The notes beneath the pieces were generated by a model. It had not been told where the DNA came from and did no database searches. It saw only the letters and a program-made list of their open reading frames with translations. 31,325 bases of DNA from a virus (Duplodnaviria > Caudoviricetes), in IMG/VR virus record IMGVR_UViG_3300036398_000073, positions 1 through 31,325 of that record. One strand, 5' to 3'. This document shows, piece after piece, positions 8,496-18,000 of this stretch. Made by a program: the position numbers and the translations under genes. Every line of letters begins with the position of its first letter. Within the stretch, counting starts at the first letter, position 1.

Positions 8496-9784
8496 TGGCA
8501 ATCGTAGAATTAAGATATTCACCTCAAGATAGTGCATGGTTTACTGCCAATGCAACATTAGTATTAAAAGCAGGAGAGCCTGCCTACCATTCTACAACAG
8601 GACAATTCAAGTTAGGCGATGGTACAACTCAATTAAGTGCTTTGCCATTCTTACCTGCTGCAAGTGGTGGAGGTAGTGGAGTGCCTTATACAGGTGCAAC
8701 TGGTAATGTAGATTTAGGGGAATATCAAATAAAAGTAGGTCAATTAGAATTAGACCAAAGTCCTACAGGAACTGCAGGTGTAACTATAACACGATGGAAT
8801 AATACATTAGGTTCAACAGAAACTACTTTAAAAGGTGGTAGCGTTGTACTTAAGAATGGAGTTGATTTAGTTGCAAGGGTAGTTAATAAAGTTACACCGA
8901 ATACAACACTAACTAAAGCAGCATATCAAGTTGTTAAGGTTACAGGAGCGCAAGGTCAAAGATTAGCAGTTAATTTAGCACAAGCTAATAACGATAATAA
9001 CTCAGCCGATACATTAGGAATAGTAACTGAAACAATAGCTACCAATCAAGAGGGTTTTATTATTTGTGTTGGTCAGATTGAGAATATAAACACTACAGGC
9101 TCATTACAAGGCGAATCATGGTCCGATGGTGATTTGTTATATTTAAGTCCTACAACACCAGGAGCGATAACTAAAGTAAAACCAACAGGCGCAACAGGTC
9201 ATATAGTAGTGCTTGGTTATGTAGAATACGCTCATCAAAATAATGGTAAGATATATGTAAAGATTATGAATGGGTGGGAATTGGATGAGTTACACAATGT
9301 GTATATCAATGCACCTGCTGATAATGAGATATTGACTTATGAGAATGCTACTTCGTTATGGAAAAATAAAACAGTTACAACTGCATTAGGTTTTACACCA
9401 TACAATAATACTAATCCATCAGGCTTTATTACTTCAAGTGCATTAACTCCTTATCTAACAAGTTCAAATGCTGCTTTAACTTATGTACCATATACCGGTG
9501 CTACAGGTGCAGTTGATTTGGCAACTAATAATTTAACTTGTGGAGATGCGATTATAAAGAAGCCTAAAATAACAGTTGAATTAGTTAATGCTTTAAACGT
9601 TGATTTTTACAATAGATATGCAATGAGTATTGATTCAATTACTAATGTTTTAAACTCACCGACAATAACTATTCAAGATGATAATGTAGCCTATACATTA
9701 GGTAATACAATAGCAATAGGAAGTAAAATAACAATAACTGCTTCAACTGCTTCGGTAGTTGTATTAAACGCAACAAGGATATAA
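8495..9784 (+). CDS. Tail fibre / receptor-binding protein with N-terminal Mtd_N-like domain (429 aa)
   Basis: W-x-x-AN...VLKAGEPAY-x-x-x-TGQFKLGDG-x-T-x-x-x-ALPF matches the major-tropism-determinant N-terminal motif; T/G/N-rich; VPYTGATG repeat; NGWELDELHNV motif. Confidence 0.8.
   Translation: MAIVELRYSPQDSAWFTANATLVLKAGEPAYHSTTGQFKLGDGTTQLSALPFLPAASGGGSGVPYTGATGNVDLGEYQIKVGQLELDQSPTGTAGVTITRWNNTLGSTETTLKGGSVVLKNGVDLVARVVNKVTPNTTLTKAAYQVVKVTGAQGQRLAVNLAQANNDNNSADTLGIVTETIATNQEGFIICVGQIENINTTGSLQGESWSDGDLLYLSPTTPGAITKVKPTGATGHIVVLGYVEYAHQNNGKIYVKIMNGWELDELHNVYINAPADNEILTYENATSLWKNKTVTTALGFTPYNNTNPSGFITSSALTPYLTSSNAALTYVPYTGATGAVDLATNNLTCGDAIIKKPKITVELVNALNVDFYNRYAMSIDSITNVLNSPTITIQDDNVAYTLGNTIAIGSKITITASTASVVVLNATRI
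8681..9520 (+). repeat. Protein-level direct repeat VPYTGATG(N/A)VDL at 8681-8716 and 9485-9520
   Basis: 11 of 12 residues identical; DNA differs mainly at synonymous sites. Confidence 0.85.
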
Positions 9785-10395
9785 TGAATGAAATTTATAT
9801 AAAAGCTACTCCTCCTGCATCAACTCCATTAACAACTGCGAAGTTAATGAAGACAGGACAAACAACATCTTACAGAACTGGCGATGACCCAAACTTAGGC
9901 ACAGGTAGAGCGACTTCATTTAGTGTATTAGCAGCCAATAACCCATTCGGTAACACAAATAGATTTACTGATGAGTTGGGAGGTTCAACTTATACTAATA
10001 ACATTGTAATTGATTGGTCAACCTATGATGGTTCAACTGTATTAGGATGGTATCGATTAAAGAGACCTGCAACAGGTAGTTACACATGGAACCAAGCTAT
10101 TGATAATGCTTTGACATTTACAATAGGAACTTTTACAAGTGGGTGGAAATTAGCTAATATGATGGAATATTTAAGTTTAGTTAATTGGGGTAATACACCT
10201 GCTAATAAGATTAACTATGCGCCTTTTAGTTTAGTAGGTGATTTTTGGAGTTCAACAACAGATGCTAATAATACCGCTAATGCTTTTTATTTAATCAATT
10301 CAACTACATTGCATGTATTTACCACAGGTAAAACTGCAGGAATTAGTTCACTATTCAATCGAGTATTCACAGTATCAGGAACAACTTTAACTTAA
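9784..10395 (+). CDS. DUF1566 (Lcl C-terminal, C-type-lectin-fold) domain protein, likely fibre tip / adhesin (203 aa)
   Basis: KTGQTTSY-x-x-GDD, NRFTD, TWNQA, GWKLAN-x-x-EYLSL and FWSSTT motifs. Confidence 0.8.
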   Translation: MNEIYIKATPPASTPLTTAKLMKTGQTTSYRTGDDPNLGTGRATSFSVLAANNPFGNTNRFTDELGGSTYTNNIVIDWSTYDGSTVLGWYRLKRPATGSYTWNQAIDNALTFTIGTFTSGWKLANMMEYLSLVNWGNTPANKINYAPFSLVGDFWSSTTDANNTANAFYLINSTTLHVFTTGKTAGISSLFNRVFTVSGTTLT

Positions 10396-10399
10396 TAAT

Positions 10400-10630
10400 A
10401 TGCCAACTTATAAATTTCCGGAATTTAATTTAGAAATAATTAATCCAACAGTTACAGTATTAACTGTACATGATAATATCATAACAAAAGAATGTAATAC
10501 TGATATTCTATTAGTAACCGATTCTGCTTCATTTGGTATTAACTTTACAGGATATACTTATGTATCGGATTGGAATGATACTGATATAATTAATTGGGTA
10601 AATAATGAATTAATTAAATACGAAGTTTAA
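10400..10630 (+). CDS. Hypothetical small protein, possible fibre assembly factor (76 aa)
   Basis: Compact ORF right after the DUF1566 gene; ends in a W-x-D-x-D-I-x-x-WV helix. Confidence 0.6.
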   Translation: MPTYKFPEFNLEIINPTVTVLTVHDNIITKECNTDILLVTDSASFGINFTGYTYVSDWNDTDIINWVNNELIKYEV

Positions 10631-10671
10631 AAGTGTTAGGATATATTAAAACAAATAAAAATTAAAGAATT

Positions 10672-10935
10672 ATGGATACTATTTCTAGCGGTTTAACAAG
10701 TGTTACAGATACTAAAGTGTTAATATGGTTAGTTATTACATTATTAGCTATACTAGCCTACGTTGGCAAATTAGGAGTTTCTCAACTACAAAGTATTGCT
10801 AAGTCTGTTAATAGAATGGAAAAAGATTTAGGTGTTTTAACCAATGATCATACTAACTTAAAGGAAGATGTTAAAGAAGTTAAGCAAAGAGTTTCAAGAT
10901 TAGAAGATTTAAATTCTCACTACAATCCTAATTAA
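10672..10935 (+). CDS. Single-TM membrane protein with coiled-coil tail, holin/antiholin-like (87 aa)
   Basis: Hydrophobic VLIWLVITLLAILAYVG followed by a heptad-repeat coiled-coil; A-rich leader. Confidence 0.55.
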   Translation: MDTISSGLTSVTDTKVLIWLVITLLAILAYVGKLGVSQLQSIAKSVNRMEKDLGVLTNDHTNLKEDVKEVKQRVSRLEDLNSHYNPN

Positions 10936-10937
10936 AA

Positions 10938-11918
10938 ATGAATATTGACTATAAAGAATTATTATCATTAAGGTATTATGGCAAACTAATACCTAATGAA
11001 GTATACTTTACTAGCAAGGGAGTTTTTAGGGCAATTAATAAAAACAGGTATACTGAATACTTGTTGCCAACAAATAACATAACAGGGTTAAATAAAAGCA
11101 GTGTAGGATTAAACAATGTAGATAATACATCTGATTTAAATAAACCAGTTTCTATAGCTACAGAAAAATTATTAACAGATAATTATTATCCATTAAGTAA
11201 TCCTGAAGGTTATATTTCAGGAATAAACTCTAATGACGTTACAAGCGCTTTAGGATATACACCTGTTAAAAACGATTTAACTACAAACACTACATCTCCT
11301 TTATTAGGAGGTGGTGATTTAACAACAAATAGAACATTAAGTATTAGTCAATCTAATACATCAACTGATGGTTACCTTTCTTCTACAGATTGGAATACAT
11401 TTAACAATAAATCTAAACAGCATTTTAATAATAGTACTGGTAATCAAGAAATTACAGCTGCTACAGTTACTTATTTAACTAATTCTGCTATATCTACAGC
11501 TAGCATAAAAGCTGGTACTGTTATTACATGGAATATATCAGTTACTAAAACTGCTGCAGGTGCAGATGCTCCAGAATGGACTGTAAGATTTGGTGAAAAT
11601 TCAAGCACAACTGATGCAACTATTTTAACATTTACAGGTGCCGTACAAACAGCTGCTGTAGATGCAGGTATAATTACTATACAATGCATATTTAGAACTG
11701 TAGGTTCAGGAACATCTGCTGTATTAGTAGGTCATTATTCTTTAGTGCACCAATTAGATCAAGCAGGTTTATCAAATGGTAATGGTGGAGCATTTGCAAC
11801 ATCTGCTGGTTTTAACAGCACAACAGCCAATGCTTTTTTAGGTATTACAGTAAACTCAGGATCTTCTGCAGTATGGACTGTAAATCAAGTATTTGTTAAA
11901 ATGGAAAACACTATATAA
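10938..11918 (+). CDS. Tail fibre / virion appendage protein (326 aa)
   Basis: Phage-tail-repeat motif KSSVGLNNVDNTSDLNKPVS, YYPLSNPEGYI, VTSALGYTP, DGYLSSTDWNTFNNK; C-terminal beta-sandwich-like domain. Confidence 0.75.
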   Translation: MNIDYKELLSLRYYGKLIPNEVYFTSKGVFRAINKNRYTEYLLPTNNITGLNKSSVGLNNVDNTSDLNKPVSIATEKLLTDNYYPLSNPEGYISGINSNDVTSALGYTPVKNDLTTNTTSPLLGGGDLTTNRTLSISQSNTSTDGYLSSTDWNTFNNKSKQHFNNSTGNQEITAATVTYLTNSAISTASIKAGTVITWNISVTKTAAGADAPEWTVRFGENSSTTDATILTFTGAVQTAAVDAGIITIQCIFRTVGSGTSAVLVGHYSLVHQLDQAGLSNGNGGAFATSAGFNSTTANAFLGITVNSGSSAVWTVNQVFVKMENTI

Positions 11919-11931
11919 TTTATAGTTTTTC

Positions 11932-11962
11932 TTGCTTATTTAAGTAAATAATGTTATATTAT
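11932..11962 (+). promoter_or_regulatory. Putative promoter TTG-N20-TATATTAT upstream of the lysis/tail operon
   Basis: TTG 11932-11934 and TATATTAT 11955-11962; TGTTATATTATA is shared with 19605-19616. Confidence 0.45.
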
Positions 11963-11966
11963 ATAT

Positions 11967-12431
11967 ATGAAAGGTCAAAAGATAGTAGATATTGCTAAAT
12001 TAGAAGTTGGTACTTGTGAAGAACCAAAAAATTCTAATAAACAGAAATATGGTGAATGGGCAAAATATAATGGTGTAGCATGGTGTGCATTATTTGTTAG
12101 TTGGTGTTATAATGAAGTAGGTTTACCTTTACCTAAAATAGGATTTAGATTTCCAGGATTTGCAGGTTGCCAATCAGGTTATGCATATTTTAGGGATAAG
12201 AAATGGATTACTAAAACCCCTAAGGCTGGAGATATAGTATTATTTGATTGGAATGGAGATGGTAGATATGACCATACAGGCATCTTTGTTAAAGACTTAG
12301 GCAATGGTAGTTTTCAAACAATTGAAGGTAACACAGCTCTTAATAATGACTCTAATGGTGGTGTAGTTATGATAAGAGAAAGGAAATATAGTGTTTCTAT
12401 ATTTATTCACCCACCAATACTAGATAAATAA
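11967..12431 (+). CDS. CHAP-domain endolysin (154 aa)
   Basis: Catalytic WCALFVSWC, PKAGDIVLFDW, HTGI and TIEGNT motifs. Confidence 0.92.
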   Translation: MKGQKIVDIAKLEVGTCEEPKNSNKQKYGEWAKYNGVAWCALFVSWCYNEVGLPLPKIGFRFPGFAGCQSGYAYFRDKKWITKTPKAGDIVLFDWNGDGRYDHTGIFVKDLGNGSFQTIEGNTALNNDSNGGVVMIRERKYSVSIFIHPPILDK

Positions 12432-12432
12432 T

Positions 12433-12654
12433 ATGTTGAAAAATTATTACAAAACAACTCCTAAGAAATGGAGAAAAATAGGTGATGCTTTATTAGCATC
12501 TGCAGCTATAGTAGGTGCAGGTGGTTTAATGGCATTTGATGATCTAAAAACAGTTTATAGTTCTAAGGAACTTAAAATAATTATAGGTATTACTTTATTT
12601 ATAGGTATAACTGGTAAGTTTTTAACAAATTTTTTTAAAGATGAAGAAAAGTAA
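12433..12654 (+). CDS. Putative holin (73 aa, 2 TM)
   Basis: TPKKWRKIGDALL basic N-terminus, two hydrophobic helices, charged tail; lies between endolysin and spanin-like genes. Confidence 0.7.
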   Translation: MLKNYYKTTPKKWRKIGDALLASAAIVGAGGLMAFDDLKTVYSSKELKIIIGITLFIGITGKFLTNFFKDEEK

Positions 12655-13180
12655 AATATTAATAATTGCAATACTATTACTATTAGTAAGCTGTATTACT
12701 GAAAAGAAACGTGCTAAGATATGTTCTGAATGTCCAGTATTAACTGAAGTTGTAACAATAATTGACTCTTCATGGAGTAAAACTATAACAGTACATGATA
12801 CTGTTTATAAAACTATACAAGGCCCTTCAATAGTTATTCCTGGGCCATGTGATCAATTTTGTGATAGTACAGGTAAGTTAAAACCTTTCTATAAACAAAC
12901 TAAGAAAAACGGCATTAAACAAACATTATATACTGATACTAAAAATAATACATTAGTTCAGAAATGTGATGTTGATAGTTTATTACAAGTTAATGAAAAG
13001 ATTACAATTGAAAATAATAAGTTAAGAATTGAGAATAAAAAGGTAACTCTTGAACCTAAAATAATATACAAAGTTACTGCATGGCAATCATTTATAATTA
13101 AATCAGGTTACACAGCATGGATTGTTTTACTTACATTCTTAGGTTGGAGTATATTTAAAGTATATAATAAAATAGTATAA
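12641..13180 (+). CDS. Putative unimolecular spanin-like lipoprotein (179 aa)
   Basis: Lipoprotein signal MKKSKILIIAILLLLVSC plus C-terminal TM (YTAWIVLLTFLGWSIF); third gene of the lysis cassette. Confidence 0.65.
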   Translation: MKKSKILIIAILLLLVSCITEKKRAKICSECPVLTEVVTIIDSSWSKTITVHDTVYKTIQGPSIVIPGPCDQFCDSTGKLKPFYKQTKKNGIKQTLYTDTKNNTLVQKCDVDSLLQVNEKITIENNKLRIENKKVTLEPKIIYKVTAWQSFIIKSGYTAWIVLLTFLGWSIFKVYNKIV

Positions 13181-13181
13181 A

Positions 13182-13868
13182 ATGGTAACAGCTAATAAGA
13201 TAATATCTGATATAAGGAATATTGCAACTAGTGGTAGTAACCCTATTGATTTTCGTATAGAAGATGCTCAAATTCAATATTGGATTGATGAAGTAAGATC
13301 AATGCTTATTGCTCAATCATTAGAAAAGAAAGATGATATTAATGATAGTTGGATACTTCCAATAAACTGTTTAGATTTAATAGAAGTTGATAAATCTGAA
13401 TGCTGTGAAGTAACTACTAATTGCAAAATATTAAGAACTCAACAGCAAGTTCCTAGTACTATTGATACTGTACATGATAATTCAATTGTAAGAGTTGAAG
13501 ATATATCTGGTAATATATTATCTAAAAGTACTGCATTTGAAAGTAAATACAACAATTATAACAAATATACTACAGATAAAACTAAATGGTATTTAAAAAA
13601 TAACTATATTTACATTATAAATTCTCAGTTTTTAAATAGAATAAATGTATATGGTTTATGGGAAACTCCATCAGATTTATCTAATTACGTAAGCTGCGAT
13701 GGAAATACTTGCTATGATATTAATTCATTTTATCCTATAAGTTTAAAAATGGCTAGCGATATAACTAATATAGTTTTAAAAACTAAGATATATCCATTCA
13801 TGAGTATGCCACAGGATAACACTAATGATTCTAGCAATACATTAGATAGATTACCAACAAAACAATAA
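13182..13868 (+). CDS. crAss-like tail ring / structural protein (228 aa)
   Basis: IQYWI-x-x-x-RSMLI-x-Q, CLDLIEVD, YLKNNYIYI and YPI motifs; C-terminal PQDNTNDS; order ring - IHF-like - Ttub - Tstab matches Crassvirales. Confidence 0.75.
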   Translation: MVTANKIISDIRNIATSGSNPIDFRIEDAQIQYWIDEVRSMLIAQSLEKKDDINDSWILPINCLDLIEVDKSECCEVTTNCKILRTQQQVPSTIDTVHDNSIVRVEDISGNILSKSTAFESKYNNYNKYTTDKTKWYLKNNYIYIINSQFLNRINVYGLWETPSDLSNYVSCDGNTCYDINSFYPISLKMASDITNIVLKTKIYPFMSMPQDNTNDSSNTLDRLPTKQ

Positions 13869-13872
13869 ATAA

Positions 13873-14310
13873 ATGGGTTACACTAAGGATATAGGACTTA
13901 GAGATTTTTACAAATATTATAAAGAAACTGCTATAAAAAAGAATAGGAGTTATGTAGATTACAAAACTTATTCTAAAATTCTAAAAGAGTTTAATTTAGA
14001 AGTTAGGACTAAGATAATTTACAACAGTGAAACATTAACTTTACCTTTTAAATTAGGTAAGTTATTTATACATAAGTTTCAAAATACATTTACTGAGGAT
14101 AATAAAAGGAATTGGAGGGTTAATTATAAGCTTAGTAAAGAACAGAATATGATTATATATCATGGTTCAATGTATGGTTATAAATGGAAATGGAGTAAAG
14201 TTCACTGCGGAGTAAAAGGTAAAAGATACTATAGTTTTAAACCTTGTAGAACTGCATCAAGATTAATAGCTGATGCTGTAAATAATAAACAATTAGATTT
14301 TTATAATTAA
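13873..14310 (+). CDS. crAss-like IHF/HU-related basic protein (145 aa)
   Basis: Very basic; YSKILKEFN...LPFKLGKLFI-x-K, YKWKWSK and YSFKPCRTASR motifs; directly upstream of the tail tubular gene as in Crassvirales. Confidence 0.75.
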   Translation: MGYTKDIGLRDFYKYYKETAIKKNRSYVDYKTYSKILKEFNLEVRTKIIYNSETLTLPFKLGKLFIHKFQNTFTEDNKRNWRVNYKLSKEQNMIIYHGSMYGYKWKWSKVHCGVKGKRYYSFKPCRTASRLIADAVNNKQLDFYN

Positions 14311-15029
14311 TGGCAATAAATGGATATGTAAGTAGTAAGGCTGTAATGGCTAAACTATATAGGGATTTAGGTCTAACAACTGAGATTAATGAATCTCATG
14401 TAATTGAGTGGATTGCTGAAGCCTTAGAATTAATAGGTACGTTTTATCAGTATGATGAAATATCTACTAACTTACCTATCGTTGATGGTAAAGTTAAATT
14501 ACCAGCTAATTTCTATAAGTTAATAACAATATCTTATATTAACGGAGTATTATCTTGGGCAAATGCTAGTCAAATTCCTGAATTTGGATGTGAAACTAAT
14601 ATATTGCCAAGATGCTGTACTGAAAATAAATTCTATATTAATAATAGTTATATTATAACTGATATAACTGAATCTCAAATAAGGCAACAAGATTACATTT
14701 GTATATCATATTTAGGTGTACCAGTTGATGATGAAGGTTATCCTTTAATACCAGATGATGTTCATTTCATGAAAGCCTGTTCATCATATGTAACATATAT
14801 GATTGATTACAGAGATTGGCGTAAAGGAAATACTGCTGATAAAGTTATGCAAAAGTCTGAACAAGAATGGTTATGGTACGTAGCAGCTGCTAAAGGATCT
14901 GCAAATATGCCAAATCTTGCACAATTAAACAGCTTGAAGAATGTTATGGTTAGGTTGATACCTAGTCAAAACGCTTACACTACAAACTTTAGGAATATTA
15001 ATAACGTAGAGAATTTAAAACGTCACTAA
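14310..15029 (+). CDS. crAss-like tail tubular / ring protein (Ttub, 239 aa)
   Basis: IEWIAEAL-x-x-IG, ISYLGVPVDDEGYPLIPDD and EQEW-x-WY-x-x-x-A motifs; TAATG coupling on both sides. Confidence 0.85.
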   Translation: MAINGYVSSKAVMAKLYRDLGLTTEINESHVIEWIAEALELIGTFYQYDEISTNLPIVDGKVKLPANFYKLITISYINGVLSWANASQIPEFGCETNILPRCCTENKFYINNSYIITDITESQIRQQDYICISYLGVPVDDEGYPLIPDDVHFMKACSSYVTYMIDYRDWRKGNTADKVMQKSEQEWLWYVAAAKGSANMPNLAQLNSLKNVMVRLIPSQNAYTTNFRNINNVENLKRH

Positions 15030-18000
15030 TGGATAGTAATAATACTTTTCAAAACGGAATGAATTCTGATATATCTAAATTATATCAGGCTAAGGATCAG
15101 TACGTAAAAGCTTTAAATTTTAGACCTGTAACTGAATTAGGTAGTTCTAATGCATCCTTAGTAAATATTAAAGGGAATGAATGCCAAATAAGTTTTCCTG
15201 TAATAAGAAGTGTTTATAAGTTGGCTATAAGAAAGGAATATGATGTAGATAATAACTTCTTACCAGGAGTTGTTACAATTACTGTAAATGGAGAAACTAC
15301 ACCAAATATTCTTATTAATGAAAACACTAATATAAATTCTTTTGTTGGGTTAATAAGTTCTTTACCTAATTGTTATGGTACATCAACAGGAACTGCTGCA
15401 TTTGCATTAGCATACAATTCTGATTACATTGTAATATATCAGCAACCTGAATACAAAGGATGCGGTGGAGATTTATCAACTGAACCAGTAGTTACTATTA
15501 CTCAAGTAAGTGGAACTTCAGGAATAGATTATGTAGATGCTGATGGTAATTTAACAAGTGTTGCTAATACACCTTTTGTTCCAAGTGTAAGTTTATCAGA
15601 TCCATTAGTAGTAATAGGATCTACTTTTATTAATGAAAATATTTACATATTTACATGTCACAAAACAAACACTAATAAAATAGGTCAAATATGGGAATTA
15701 GTTTATGATGAATTACTTAAAACTACTACAGTATATTTGCTGTACAACAACTATTTAAACTTTACAATAAATCATCCTATACCTACATCTGCTGCAATAG
15801 GCAGATATGAATTAAATAATTTACAACGTATTTATTGGACAGACTTTTATAATCCTGTAAGAACAGTGAATGTAAAAGATCCTAACTTAATGGCATTAAA
15901 TGTTGATTTGACAAATTTACGTCCATTAACTAATATGTCAGTTCCGGTATTAAATGAAGTTATAGACAATGGCGCTGTTAATAATATATCAGATACTGCT
16001 ACTTATCAATGCGCTTATAGGTTAACAAAGAATAATGGTGCTATAACAAACTATTCAAGTTTATCAAATATAATTGCACCTATTCCTCAAAAGACTTCAA
16101 ACTTTACAAAGTTTTTAAATAACTTTAGTAGTATTGCAGCAACAGGTGTTCCTGGTGGAGTTAATAAAGCTCTTAGATTTGAAGTGCAAGGAGTTGACAC
16201 AGATTATGATAATATAGAGTTTGTTATAATTACTAGAGATGTAGCAAATATAAATTTATTTTATGTTTACAAATTTGATACACAAGTAATAAATGGTAAT
16301 TCAACTATATTAACTACATGGGTTAATGATCCTAATACTAATGAAGAAATTACTGTTGACGAATTGCTTATTGAAAATGTATTATTTAGTCACTGTAAAA
16401 CTATTGAACAAAAAGATAATAGACTATTCTTTGGAAATGTTAGAAGTGATATAGATACAATACTTGACGCATACGATACTAGAACTTATAGGTTTATACA
16501 AAATCAAGATGATTTTGATGTTTTGCAATACGAAGGTGACACAGTTCCTCAACCTTATACTATATCAACTGTAAATGATTACGCAAATATACCACAAGAT
16601 GCTGACCTTATACCTTTAATTAACTTAGGTATGAGTACTACTGAAGATCCTAACTTTGACTTCACAATGAAGTACAAAAGACTTAGTTCTGTTGTAGGTG
16701 GTTCAGGTCCTAATATAAGTTATTCATTTGGTAATTTATTATTAAGAGCTGATGCATTTCCTGAGTGGCCTGTAAATGGCACAAGTACTCAAGAGGGTAC
16801 TGCAAGAGATAATCCTGGTAGTGGTCAGTTATATCCCAATGGTTATAGAAAAGCTGCAGGTTTATCAAATGGTTCATTTTTAGATCCTACATTTTTTAAT
16901 GGAGCTCCTAATCAAAGATACAAGCAAAATAATAGTTTAAATACTATGGCTCTTGAATATCTATCAGGAGCATTTAGATCATATCAACATAATGAAATAT
17001 ATAGTTTTGGTATAGTGTTTAAATCACGTACTGGAGAAACTTCATTTGTTAAATGGATAGGAGATATTAAATTTCCTGACTATTCAGATACGGCTGATCC
17101 AGCATTACGTGATGAAACTGAACAAGGTGCACAATGTCCTGATTTTAGAAGCATGTTTTATGATACTACTACTTCAGATGAAAGTGCATATCTTGTAGTT
17201 CCTTATATTAACTTTGAAATTAACATACCTAAAGAAGTTTCTAATATTATATCTGGTTATGAAATAGTTAGATGTTTAAGAACTCAAGCTGACAGAACTA
17301 TTAAATCTCATGGTTTAATTACACAAGTTGCTACAGGTGTAGCAGATAGTAATTATTATATGCCTTATAGTCATTATACTACTCCATCAGCTTTAAATTT
17401 AGATTCTTGTGATCCAATTGTGCTTCCTGCAAGTAATGGATATGCTAGTAAAGATTTAATATGCTATCACTCAATGGAGTCACTTGTAGATAATTCAAAT
17501 GATGATTTTGAAGAAGATGATCAAATGATTTTAACTGAAGTTTATGAAAAAGTATTAGATAGTGCTATTAATCCAAGTCTTTTTAGTATAGCAAATCCTG
17601 CTGAAAAATATTACATAAAAAAATACTACAATTTACCTATATCTTCAGGTTATGGCTTTTTTTACAACACATCATATTTTGGAGCACCTTATATTCACAC
17701 TATAAAAGAAGGTTTTTATGTAGCTCAAGGATCAAGCAGTCCAGCTTTATCATCAGTAGGTGGTGCTATTTATAATAATAGAGATCAGGATCCTAGTGGA
17801 GGATCAGGATGGTATTCAAATGGATCACCAACAGTTATTGTTGGATTAAAAGGATCTTCATTTAACTGGACTAATTATACATTTGCTGGAGTTTGCTCAA
17901 CAGCAGCAGTACAAGGTAATTCTAAATTACTAGGTATACATTTTAAACCTCGTGTTTTAAAAACTCAATATGGCGGTAGAACCTATACAAGAAGAGCTAA

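Noticed and set aside
9784-10672. Complete diversity-generating retroelement
   Set aside because: No reverse transcriptase, accessory gene or template repeat visible in the window.
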